Shown here: positions 6,297 to 15,013 of the stretch, one piece after another
Layout of the letters: each line of letters starts with the position of its first letter
Position numbering within the stretch: position 1 is the stretch's first letter
DNA from: Myxococcales bacterium
GTDB taxonomy: Bacteria > Myxococcota_A > UBA9042
Direction: 5' to 3'
Assembly: GCA_037441385.1 (NCBI GenBank)
Contig: JBBISH010000134.1
Location: forward strand, 1 to 16,129
DNA: 16,129 nucleotides
The notes under the pieces: model-generated
The model's input: only the letters and a program-made list of their open reading frames with translations
Told to the model about the DNA's origin: nothing
The model's database searches: none
Made by a program: the position numbers and the translations under genes

Positions 6297-7512
6297 AACG
6301 CAGCGCCTCGATGGGGTCGAGCTGGGCGGCCCGCCGCGCCGGCCAAAAGCCAAAGAACACGCCCACTCCGGCAGAAACCAGGAACGCCAGCGCCGCGGCT
6401 TTGGGGTCAAAGACCGTGGTCCAACCGGTGGTGTCGCTGAGCAGCTCAGCGGCGGCCCAGCCCAAGAACACGCCGATGGCGCCGCCGATCAGGGCGAGCA
6501 CGACGGCCTCGACCAAGAATTGAACCAAAATATCTCGGGACTTGGCGCCCACGGCCATGCGGATGCCGATCTCGCGGGTGCGCTCGGTGACGCTGACCAA
6601 CATGGTGTTCATGATGCCGATGCCGCCGACTAGCAGCGACACGCCGGCGATCGACCCGAGCAAAAGCGTCATCGAGTCGGCCACTTCGCGACTGGCGTTG
6701 GCCATATCCTGCAGGTTGCGCACGGCGACGTCGTCTTCTTGGTCTTCGCGGAGCTTGTGGCGCTGGCGGAGCATGGCGCGTATCTCTTCGACCGCAAAGG
6801 GCGTATCGTCGGCCTGCGCCGTCGAGGCATAGGTGAACTGGACGTTGTCCTTTTGCGGTCCGGCGATGCGCTGGCGGTAGGTCTGGAACGGAATCAAGAC
6901 GACGTCGTCTTGGTCGCCGCCCATCGGCGACTGGCCCTTGGCGGCGAGCACGCCCAGCACGCGGAACGGCATACGGCGAATGCGGATGGTCTGCCCCACG
7001 GGGTCGTCGGTGCCAAACAGCTGCTTGGCTACGGTCTGACCGATGACGCACGCCTTGTTGCGCGCGGCTTCGTCGAGCTCGGTGTGGACCGAACCGGCCG
7101 CCGGCTGCCAATCGCGGATGCGGTAGTACGACGGCGTGGTGCCAGTGACGCTGGTGCTCCAGTTCGCATCGCCCGCCACCACCTGCGCGTTGGTCCGATT
7201 GGTCGGCGCGATATCGGCGACCAGGCTCACGTCGCGCTTGACCGCGTCCACGTCGTCGACCGTCAGGGTGGTCATGGAACCGCCGCCGCCGCGCACACCG
7301 CCGATGTTGTTGGAACTGGGCATGAGGACAATCAGATTGCTACCCAGCGAGGCGATCTGCTGGGCGATATTCTGCTGGGCGCCGGTGCCCAGGGCGACCA
7401 TGGCGATGACGGCCGCGACGCCGATGACGATGCCGAGCACGGTCAGCAAGCCGCGGGCCTTGTTGCGCGCGAGCACCCGCAACGATAACCGAAGGAGGGT
7501 CAGCGGGTTCAT
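6289..7512 (-). CDS. ABC transporter permease, MacB/FtsX family
   Basis: LLTVLGIVIGVAAVIAMVALGTG, a MacB periplasmic core, SLLVGGIGIMNTMLVSVTERTREIGIRMAVGA and PARRAAQLDPIEALRYE. ATG 7512 overlaps the ATPase stop (ATGA). Confidence 0.95.
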   Translation of the reverse strand: MNPLTLLRLSLRVLARNKARGLLTVLGIVIGVAAVIAMVALGTGAQQNIAQQIASLGSNLIVLMPSSNNIGGVRGGGGSMTTLTVDDVDAVKRDVSLVADIAPTNRTNAQVVAGDANWSTSVTGTTPSYYRIRDWQPAAGSVHTELDEAARNKACVIGQTVAKQLFGTDDPVGQTIRIRRMPFRVLGVLAAKGQSPMGGDQDDVVLIPFQTYRQRIAGPQKDNVQFTYASTAQADDTPFAVEEIRAMLRQRHKLREDQEDDVAVRNLQDMANASREVADSMTLLLGSIAGVSLLVGGIGIMNTMLVSVTERTREIGIRMAVGAKSRDILVQFLVEAVVLALIGGAIGVFLGWAAAELLSDTTGWTTVFDPKAAALAFLVSAGVGVFFGFWPARRAAQLDPIEALRYE

Positions 7513-8258
7513 GCGGCCTCGCCGCGCGCATCGCGGTCGATGGCCGGCTGCCAATCGGCCGGCGGCGGTCCGTCGTGGACGACGTGTCCATCGCGGAACT
7601 GGACCACGCGCTGCGCCACGGCCGCCACGTCGGTCTCGTGGGTGACCATGACGACGGTGATGCCTTGGTCCTGATTCAAGTCCACAAAAAGGCGTAGAAT
7701 CTCGCGACTCGTTGCCGAATCCAGGTTGCCCGTCGGCTCGTCGGCCAGGAGCAGCGCCGGCCGGTTCACCAGCGCCCGTGCAATCGCCACCCGCTGCTGT
7801 TGACCGCCAGAAAGTTGATTAGGCAAATGATCCAAGCGGTTACCCAGACCCACTGCCTGCAGGGCCGCCACGGCCCGCCGGTGCCGCTCGCCGGCACCCA
7901 GTCCTGCATACAGCATGGGTAGTTCCACGTTCTCCAGCGCCGACGTGCGCCGCAGCAAGTTGAACCCCTGGAACACAAAGCCGAGCTTGCGGTTCCGCAA
8001 CGTCGCACGCTGGTCGGGCTGCAGGCGGGCGGCATCCACGCCATCCAGAAACAGCTGCCCACCGGTGGGCCGGTCGAGCAGGCCAATCAGGTTCATGAAC
8101 GTGGACTTGCCCGAACCGGAAGCGCCTACCACGGCAACGAACTCGCCACGCTGGACCTGCAGCGTGACGCCGCCCAGGGCCACGACTCGCGCATCGCCGC
8201 TCGCATAGATCTTGGTCAGATCGCGGGCCTCGATGACCGGCGGCACAACGGCGTCCAC
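7509..8258 (-). CDS. ABC transporter ATP-binding protein, MacB/LolD family
   Basis: Walker A GASGSGKST, Q-loop GFVFQ, signature LSGGQQQRVAIARAL, Walker B LLADEPTGNLD and H-loop VTHE. The probable GTG start at 8258 overlaps the upstream TAG. Confidence 0.95.
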   Translation of the reverse strand: MDAVVPPVIEARDLTKIYASGDARVVALGGVTLQVQRGEFVAVVGASGSGKSTFMNLIGLLDRPTGGQLFLDGVDAARLQPDQRATLRNRKLGFVFQGFNLLRRTSALENVELPMLYAGLGAGERHRRAVAALQAVGLGNRLDHLPNQLSGGQQQRVAIARALVNRPALLLADEPTGNLDSATSREILRLFVDLNQDQGITVVMVTHETDVAAVAQRVVQFRDGHVVHDGPPPADWQPAIDRDARGEAA

Positions 8259-9649
8259 TAGAACAACCGCCTGGGCATGGCGCCACCGCGACCACCGGGG
8301 CCCGACGCGGGGCTGCCGGGGGTGGACGCGACCTTGTCGGTGCGGCGCGTGACCAGGGCATCGCCGACCTTGAGATTTCCGCTGAGGATTTCGGTCGAGC
8401 GGCCGTCGCTGATGCCGGTGGTGACTTCGACGGCCACCACGGTAGTGCCGCGCAAGACGTACACCTTGGTGGGCAACGGCTTGGCCGCTACCGGGGCAGA
8501 GGTCGCAGTCGGGCCCGCCGCGAGCCCTTCGGCCTCGGCCCGCCGCTGCCGCCATTTGCCGCGCCCTTCGCCGCCCTTGTCGTCCGTGCCGGCCAGGCCG
8601 CTGCCCGTCGTGCCAGTCGAAGCGCCGGGCAGACCCTCGATTTTCTCATCGGCCGTGGGGCGGTAGCGCAGCGCGGCGTTCGGCACGGCGAGCACATCGC
8701 GGTGGTGGGCGGTCTCGAACGTGACGGAGGCCGTCATGCCCGGTCGCAGCCGCGCGCCCGGATTGGCGACGTCGACGACCGCATCGTAGGTCACCACATT
8801 CTGAACAGTTTGCGGACTGAGGCGCAGCTGGGTGACCTCACCAAAAAACGTGGTGCCGCGGAAGGCGTCTACCGTGAACGAGGCCGGCATATGCTCGCTG
8901 AGCTTGCCGATGTCCGCCTCGTCGATGGCCGCGTGGACCTGCATCTTGCTCAAATCCTTGGCAATCTGGAACAGCACCGGCGCTTGCAGCGATGCGGCGA
9001 CCGTCTGGCCTACGTCTACATTGCGGCTGAGCACCACGCCGTCCACCGGCGAATAGATCTTGGTGTAGGCCAAGTTGGTCTCTTGCGCGCGCACCTGGGC
9101 TTGGGCCTGGGCGACCTGCGCCTTGCTGGCCACGATGTCGGCGGCGGTCAACTCGGACTGGGCCTGAGCCTGCTCCAGGTCGGCCTGGGTGGCGAGCTGC
9201 TTGTCATAGAGCTGCCGCACCCGGTGCAGGGTCCGGTCCGCGGCGCGATGAGCAGCCTCGGCGCGCTGTACGCCAGCTTGGGCGTTGAGCAGATTGGCGC
9301 GGCCCTGTTCGAGTTGCGATTTGTAAAGCGTCGGGTCCAACTCCGCGATGAGTTCGCCCTCGCTGACCGTCTTGTTGTAGTCCTTGTAGATCTGCACCAA
9401 ACGGCCCGAGACTTGCGCGCCAACCTGCACCGTCACCAGCGCTTGCAGTGTGCCGGTGGCCGTGGTTCTCTCGACCAGGTGCGGCGCGCGGAACACGGCT
9501 TCTGTGGCGTATTCTGGACCTTTTTGCACGCCGCCTTGCCAGCGCTGCCAGCCGTACCAGGCGCCGGCAACGATGGCTGCGAGCCACGCAAGCCGCCACA
9601 GCACCGCCAGGACGCGGTTCCACCAGGGCCTGGCGATGGGATCGTTCAT
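8258..9649 (-). CDS. Efflux periplasmic adaptor (membrane fusion protein), MacA-like
   Basis: N-terminal TM after MNDPIARPWW, then ATGTLQALVTVQVGAQVSG, IYSPVDGVVLSRNVDVGQTVAASLQAPVLF, IDEADIG, LRPGMTASV and VLAVPNAALRY. The start is reassigned to ATG 9649 (AGGT RBS). Confidence 0.93.
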   Translation of the reverse strand: MNDPIARPWWNRVLAVLWRLAWLAAIVAGAWYGWQRWQGGVQKGPEYATEAVFRAPHLVERTTATGTLQALVTVQVGAQVSGRLVQIYKDYNKTVSEGELIAELDPTLYKSQLEQGRANLLNAQAGVQRAEAAHRAADRTLHRVRQLYDKQLATQADLEQAQAQSELTAADIVASKAQVAQAQAQVRAQETNLAYTKIYSPVDGVVLSRNVDVGQTVAASLQAPVLFQIAKDLSKMQVHAAIDEADIGKLSEHMPASFTVDAFRGTTFFGEVTQLRLSPQTVQNVVTYDAVVDVANPGARLRPGMTASVTFETAHHRDVLAVPNAALRYRPTADEKIEGLPGASTGTTGSGLAGTDDKGGEGRGKWRQRRAEAEGLAAGPTATSAPVAAKPLPTKVYVLRGTTVVAVEVTTGISDGRSTEILSGNLKVGDALVTRRTDKVASTPGSPASGPGGRGGAMPRRLF

Positions 9650-9700
9650 AGCACCTGCGCATGCCGGCCCGCTGGCCGCGTCCAACAACGGTATGCCAGC

Positions 9701-9716
9701 GGCAGCAGGTTTGCCA
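9701..9716 (-). promoter_or_regulatory. Candidate sigma-54 (-24/-12) promoter for the efflux operon
   Basis: The minus strand reads TGGCAAACCTGCTGCC (GG-N10-GC; consensus TGGCACG-N4-TTGC) about 50 nt upstream of ATG 9649. An imperfect palindrome CTGTGG-N5-CCGCAG at 9789-9805 lies at a plausible enhancer distance. Confidence 0.4.
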
Positions 9717-9921
9717 GGGCCGGTTCCGCAAAGAATTGTCTTGGTCTTGTTGCCGAATCTGTAGTTGCGGCACGCCGAGCGGGCCAAACTGTGGGCAATC
9801 CGCAGATTTCTCGTGCGCCAGCTGAACGAGTTGGGCATACTGCCGCGCTTCGTCGGCGGGTCTGCCGACCTGGGCTGGGTGCGCGATGGGGTCTTGGGCA
9901 GTGGTTCAAACGAAAAGGCAT

Positions 9922-11334
9922 ATGCCCCTACACGCATTCGCCCTGATCGCCGCCGTGGCGTGGGGCTGTGCAGACGACGCGGGGGGCAGCGCGGCGGCTG
10001 GGGCAAAATCGGGTGATGCCGCGGTATTGGACACGTCAGACGCAAGCCATGCCGATGCGGCGGGCGACAGCCTGGCTGCCAGTGATCAAAAAGCCGACTC
10101 CGCGACCGACGCTGGCGAGCAGCCCCTAGACGCAGCGGACTTTGAGGTGGCAAGCCATACCGCCCTGCCCCAGCTGGTCTTTGGCGGCGAGGCGGTTCTG
10201 CGGCATCCCCACGTGGTCAGCGTGACATTCGACGGCGACCCACACCGCGACGAGATCGAGACCTACAATGCCAAACTGCTGCAACTGCAGTGGTGGGCGA
10301 CCGTAACGGCGGGCTACTGCGATGCCCAAGGTCAGTGCATCGAGGACGGCGATGCGGCGGTGGCCCATCTGGCGAGCAAGCCGGCATTGAGCTACACCGA
10401 CACCACCGTACCGGGCAAGGCGGCGACGCTGCAGGATTTTATCGCGGAGCGTCTGGATGCGAGCGATCTGCCGGCGCCGGTGACCGACACCCTGTATGTG
10501 CTCTACTTTCCAGGCACGACCAAGATCAGCCTGAGCTCGGGCGGCGGCGGAATTTCGAACAGTTGCACGGCCTTTGGCGGCTATCACCACTCGATGGAGT
10601 ACAAAGGCAAGCCCATCGCCTACGCGGTGGTGCCCGAATGCGGCGCCAGCATGGGCGGCGGGCTGCCCAAGCCAGAAAACTTCTTATTTGCCGGCAGTCA
10701 CGAGATCATCGAGGCAGTGACCGACCCATACTTTGTGCCCGTCCAGGGCGGCGAAATGCCTGGCGGCTTCAACCTGAGCACCACGGACTACAACGTCATT
10801 GGCTGGATGTTGGCCTTTGGCGGGGGCGAGACTGCGGATCTGTGCCCTTACATTCCGGAAAGCAGCCTTGGCTACGCCGAAGAAAAGGGCCTGATCGTCA
10901 CGCGCTCGTGGTCGAATCTGGCGGCCAAGGGCAGCCACAACCCGTGCGTGCCGGCGCCGCCGGGCCCGTACTTCAACCTGGCGCCGGAAAAGAAGGGCAC
11001 GCATTTCAAGCTCGCGGTCGACGGCGAATACACCTTTGTCGCCCACGCTTTCTCGGACCAGCCCGTGGCAGCGTGGCACGTGCAGGGCAGCGACCTCAAC
11101 AGCTTGTACGGCGGCCCAGCAGCCCTGGACATCACCTTTGGCGACGACAAAGTGCCGGACATCACGGTCAACAACGGCGATGTGGTCACGGTCCACGTCA
11201 CGCGCTACGACGCCAAGTCGCCCAGCGGCACGCCCGGGGTCATCGGCTTTCTGATCTCGACCGGGACCGACGGCAGCAGCCACGCCTGGCCCCTGTGGAC
11301 CTACACCAAGTCCGAGTGCCCGTACTGCCCCTAG
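9922..11334 (+). CDS. Hypothetical lipoprotein with a Phi-1/EXORDIUM-like HExxExxTDP domain
   Basis: ATG 9922 follows an AAAAGG RBS. MPLHAFALIAAVAWGC gives a lipobox, followed by an Asp/Ala linker and motifs CTAFGGYH, IAYAVVPEC, GSHEIIEAVTDP, GETADLC and RSWSN. Codon usage is GC3-rich. Confidence 0.85.
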   Translation: MPLHAFALIAAVAWGCADDAGGSAAAGAKSGDAAVLDTSDASHADAAGDSLAASDQKADSATDAGEQPLDAADFEVASHTALPQLVFGGEAVLRHPHVVSVTFDGDPHRDEIETYNAKLLQLQWWATVTAGYCDAQGQCIEDGDAAVAHLASKPALSYTDTTVPGKAATLQDFIAERLDASDLPAPVTDTLYVLYFPGTTKISLSSGGGGISNSCTAFGGYHHSMEYKGKPIAYAVVPECGASMGGGLPKPENFLFAGSHEIIEAVTDPYFVPVQGGEMPGGFNLSTTDYNVIGWMLAFGGGETADLCPYIPESSLGYAEEKGLIVTRSWSNLAAKGSHNPCVPAPPGPYFNLAPEKKGTHFKLAVDGEYTFVAHAFSDQPVAAWHVQGSDLNSLYGGPAALDITFGDDKVPDITVNNGDVVTVHVTRYDAKSPSGTPGVIGFLISTGTDGSSHAWPLWTYTKSECPYCP

Positions 11335-11411
11335 CGGCTAGTACTACCCGGCAGCCATTTTCTACATGTTGAAATTGTTGGTGTTTCACGGAACAGGCTT
11401 CGCCTGGTCGG

Positions 11412-13028
11412 CTAGAGCGCCCACACGTGGTTCTCTTTGAAGGGCGAGCGAAAATCGGCACCGATGCGGCGGACCGCCGCGGATTTGGCAAAGCGACGGT
11501 CCAGCCAGCGGCGGGCCTGGGTGCGCGGGTGCTCGTCGCCACAGTAGAAATCGTCGTACAGCGACAAGTCGGTCTCGACATGAAACGGCTGGATGCGGGT
11601 GATGCCGAACCGCGCGGGCTCCTGCCACATCGGGCTGCCGCGCGGTAGGTTCAAAATCGCGAGGTTGAGGGCGTGAATGTGATGCCCTTCCTCTTCGACC
11701 AAGGCCAGGGTCTGCTCGCGGTCGTCGTCGGTCTCGCTGGGCACGCCAAATAGCAAATACACATAGTTGCGTATGCCAGCGTTGCCCAATACCTGCAGAA
11801 CGCGGCGCGAACGCTGTGGGTCTCCTGTACCTTTGCCCAGTAGTTCCAGGATGCGTTCGGACCCCGTCTCGATGCCGAGCTGCAGCATCGCACAGCCCCC
11901 TTGGGCCAGTCGATCAGCGAACACTGGGTCGGCAAAGTGCTTTTCGCAGCGGACGAATCCCCGCCACTGCAGCGGCAGCCGGTCGCGAGCGATGACGTCG
12001 GCCACCCGACCCAGGTGCGCGGGCGGCAGGGCCGAATCGGTAAAATGGATCATCGCCCCGCCGGGAAACCGCTGAGCCAGTTGGTGCAGCCAAGCGTCCA
12101 TCCCGCCGCGATCCGTAGGCAGCAAGCGGGGATGCAGATGGTCTGGGCAGAACGTGCAGTGCCGCCAGTAGCAGCCGCGACCCAGCACCGCCGGCACGGT
12201 CGGCACAGGGCCCAAGTAGTGCGCCCAGTCGATGCCATCGACGTCGACGCTGAGCGGCGCCTCGGGCAGGTCGCGCGGCAGCTCGATGTCCGGCATGTCG
12301 TTGGCCGTTTCGCGGGCAAGCACGGCCACATCGTCGTCGTCGCCGGCCAGGATGCGGTCAAAGCGATCGAACGGCGCCTGCGTCAGCGGCGTCTGGGCGG
12401 TTTTCCAGCAGGCGACCAGCGGCCCGGCCAGGATCCGCTCGACGTGGGGCAAGTGCTCGCGCAAAAGCGTGGCCCAGCGCACCGCCACCGGCGTCTGGGG
12501 TTGAAAAGTCAAGGAAAACCCAACCTTCTTGGCCCCACTGCGGGCAATCGCCGGGATGACCTCGCGGACGAAGTACTCGTCGCAAGGTCCAGCCAGATCC
12601 GCGACTTGCGCCAGGCCAACCGACGACTCGGCGCGCAGCCCGGGGCGCTCGACCTCGATTTGGGCCACCCGCAGTTGGACCCCAGGGAAAGGCTTGGCGA
12701 CCAAGCGCAAGGCCTGCTCCAAGTGATTCACTGCAGAGGTATATACCTTGCGATCTTGATAGGTTGCGGGCTGATGCAGCGGCCGCGTCTGGCCAACCGA
12801 GCGCAGCGCCCGCTCGAAGACCTTGGCCTCGACCTCGCCGAGCCCCTGGGCGCGCTGCTGCTGCAATTGCGCGGCCAGACGGTGCGGATCCAGGACGTAG
12901 CGGTGCCAGCCCACCGAGGCGTCGATCGCCAAGGCGCGCCCACCCATCCGACGCATCAGTTGGGCCGCGGCAAAGGCCGACAGCCCAGGTTCCGATGGCT
13001 TGACCGGCGGCGGAGTTAGGATGATCAA
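11412..13028 (-). CDS. Radical SAM protein with an N-terminal (probably degenerate) B12-binding-like region
   Basis: CxxxCxxC motif GRGCYWRHCTFC, plus HFTDSALPP, GCAMLQLGIETGSERILELLGKG and YVYLLFGVPSET. The start is inferred at TTG 13028 (MIILTPPPVKPSEPG); the track's longer ORF overlaps the upstream gene. Confidence 0.88.
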   Translation of the reverse strand: MIILTPPPVKPSEPGLSAFAAAQLMRRMGGRALAIDASVGWHRYVLDPHRLAAQLQQQRAQGLGEVEAKVFERALRSVGQTRPLHQPATYQDRKVYTSAVNHLEQALRLVAKPFPGVQLRVAQIEVERPGLRAESSVGLAQVADLAGPCDEYFVREVIPAIARSGAKKVGFSLTFQPQTPVAVRWATLLREHLPHVERILAGPLVACWKTAQTPLTQAPFDRFDRILAGDDDDVAVLARETANDMPDIELPRDLPEAPLSVDVDGIDWAHYLGPVPTVPAVLGRGCYWRHCTFCPDHLHPRLLPTDRGGMDAWLHQLAQRFPGGAMIHFTDSALPPAHLGRVADVIARDRLPLQWRGFVRCEKHFADPVFADRLAQGGCAMLQLGIETGSERILELLGKGTGDPQRSRRVLQVLGNAGIRNYVYLLFGVPSETDDDREQTLALVEEEGHHIHALNLAILNLPRGSPMWQEPARFGITRIQPFHVETDLSLYDDFYCGDEHPRTQARRWLDRRFAKSAAVRRIGADFRSPFKENHVWAL

Positions 13029-13066
13029 AGGATTTTCTCGCAGGACGCCGGCGCGGCGCGGCTCGG

Positions 13067-15013
13067 TCAAGGCGTGGTGGAGCAGCTGGGCTGCATGTAG
13101 TCCGCGTAGAGCTTGCAGTATTGGTTGGTTGGGCAGGTCTTGATGGTGATCCAAGCGCCCCAGACGTAGTCGGCGCTGGCGTACGAACAGCCGGTCGACG
13201 TGCCCGAGCACGCGTAGTGGGCCTCGCGCTTCTGCATGGCGGCGCCCAGGCCGCTGCCCAGACACTGGTACTGGGTATCGGCGATGCTGCTGCCGCAAGT
13301 CGCGGTTTTAGCGGCGTATTGGCCGTCGGCATCGCAACAGGTTGTGTTGGGCGTACACTTCTGGTAGGGCACGCACGACGCGTAACCATAGGATATTTCG
13401 CATACTTCCGTGACGAGGCAGGTCTTCTTGGTGGTCCAGTCGCCCCAGGCGTAGTTGGCACTAGAGCAAGAGCAACTGGTCGACGTGCCCGTGCAGCCGC
13501 ACATTGCCTGACGTTCCAGGATCTTGCCGCCCTTTTCGGGTCCGGAGCATTTCTCTTCGCTGCCCACCGTGCCATACCCGCACGAGGTGGCTTGAGGCGA
13601 GTACGTGCCATCGGCGCTGCAACACGTGCTGCCGGCCTTGCACTGGGACTCGCAGGTGGGCTCGTACGCATCGCTCCAGCTGGGCGTGCAAGCCTGCAAA
13701 GGTGGACAGGTTTTGACGTTGGCCCACGCTCCCCAGGCCGGGTAGGACGAGCTGCACCAGGCCATACCACCGGCGCAGCCCGCCACGGCGTCGCGCTTGC
13801 GAATGGTGCCGCCCAGGGCGCCCGTGCACTCAAATTGGGTGTCGACGACAGACGTGCCGCAAGGGGTCGCTTCAGCTGCGTATTTGCCCTCGGCCGTGCA
13901 GCAAGTGCTCCCTGGCGTGCATTCGGGGGCCGGGATGCACGTGCCGGGCTTGCTGGGGTCCAACACCTGGCACACCTCGTTGTAGTTGCACATTTTTTCT
14001 GTCGCCCAGGCCCCCCAGCTGGGCATATCAGAGGTGCACGCACCTGCGGCGCTGCAGGTGGGGAAGCCCTTGCGCACCTGCACGTCGGAGCCGGGCCCCG
14101 TGCCTTGGCATTTGTACTCGGCGGCGCTGGCCGTGTTCGAGCAGACCGCGCCCGCCACGACCTGGGGCGCCTGGCAGGCAAAGCCGACGCACTTGTTCTT
14201 GGTGCAGGGGTCGCCGTCGTCGCAGGCCGCGTCGCTGGTGCACTGCGGCGGTCCGCCCGCCGAGCACTGGGGTTTCTGCTTGTTCGAGAGCAGGACGCAC
14301 TGGCCGTCGCCCGTGCAGGCCCCGGTCTTTTGCCAGGCGCCCCACACGGCGGCGTCGCTAGAGCAGGACAGGATGGTCACGCCGTCGCACGCCGCAACCT
14401 GGCTCCGCATCAGCATATCCTGGCCTTGGCAGCCGTACTCGATCGCCAGCGCCGGACCATCGCACGGACTGCCCTGCACCTTGGCCTGGTTCGTCTGCAC
14501 ATCGCAGCAGGGCCCGCTCTCGCAGCAGCCGTAGACCGGCGTGATGACGCATTGACCCTTTTCGCACAGGCCGACCTTGCACGGCCCGGACCCCACGCAT
14601 TGGCCATTGCTAGTGCAGCCGCCGCCATCGCTCGTGCCGTCCGACTTGGGGCCGCTGTCGGCACCGTCGGCCCCGATGGAGCTGTCGGGCCCGATCGAGC
14701 TGTCGGGCCCGGAGCTAGTGTCTGCGCTTGCGTCGGGCGCGACGTCGGCGATCCCCGCGTCGTTCTTGGCATCTGCGGGAACGCCAGTGTCCAAGAACCC
14801 GCTGCCGTCCTGTTTCCCGGCGGCAGCGCCGTCGCCCTTGCCGTCGGCCGCAGCCAGACCGTCGCCCCCCGCGTCTTGGAACAGGCCGCCAAGGCCAGAG
14901 TCGGCCGAATAGTCCCCCGAACTTGGGGGGCTCGCCACCTCGGCGCACGCCGGCACCAGCAGCAGCGCTGCGGCCCGCAACGCGACAATGGCGATGGGAA
15001 TCCTTGCGTCCAC
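13067..15013 (-). CDS. Cys-rich repeat lipoprotein with five ~95-aa modules ending in WG[AD]W
   Basis: Probable GTG start at 15013 (approximate) with lipobox LLLVPA-C and an Asp/Gly/Ser linker. WG[AD]W codons lie at 14333-14344, 14006-14017, 13724-13735, 13436-13447 and 13151-13162. One CDDGDPCT unit is also present. Confidence 0.85.
   Translation of the reverse strand: MDARIPIAIVALRAAALLLVPACAEVASPPSSGDYSADSGLGGLFQDAGGDGLAAADGKGDGAAAGKQDGSGFLDTGVPADAKNDAGIADVAPDASADTSSGPDSSIGPDSSIGADGADSGPKSDGTSDGGGCTSNGQCVGSGPCKVGLCEKGQCVITPVYGCCESGPCCDVQTNQAKVQGSPCDGPALAIEYGCQGQDMLMRSQVAACDGVTILSCSSDAAVWGAWQKTGACTGDGQCVLLSNKQKPQCSAGGPPQCTSDAACDDGDPCTKNKCVGFACQAPQVVAGAVCSNTASAAEYKCQGTGPGSDVQVRKGFPTCSAAGACTSDMPSWGAWATEKMCNYNEVCQVLDPSKPGTCIPAPECTPGSTCCTAEGKYAAEATPCGTSVVDTQFECTGALGGTIRKRDAVAGCAGGMAWCSSSYPAWGAWANVKTCPPLQACTPSWSDAYEPTCESQCKAGSTCCSADGTYSPQATSCGYGTVGSEEKCSGPEKGGKILERQAMCGCTGTSTSCSCSSANYAWGDWTTKKTCLVTEVCEISYGYASCVPYQKCTPNTTCCDADGQYAAKTATCGSSIADTQYQCLGSGLGAAMQKREAHYACSGTSTGCSYASADYVWGAWITIKTCPTNQYCKLYADYMQPSCSTTP
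14673..14708. repeat. 18-bp tandem duplication in the lipoprotein linker (encodes PDSSIG twice)
   Basis: CCGATGGAGCTGTCGGGC followed by CCGATCGAGCTGTCGGGC, one mismatch. Confidence 0.85.

Noticed and set aside
11335..11411. AT-rich gap between convergent genes with small dyads (TGAAA-N9-TTTCA at 11370-11388; CAGGC-TTC-GCCTG at 11394-11406); considered as a terminator or dif site
   Set aside because: The stems are only 5 bp with no U-tract, and the match to the XerC/XerD dif consensus is poor.
11412..15013. RiPP cluster (radical SAM plus Cys-rich precursor)
   Set aside because: The Cys-rich neighbour is a ~650-aa exported lipoprotein, not a short precursor. No SPASM or RRE domain and no peptidase is evident.
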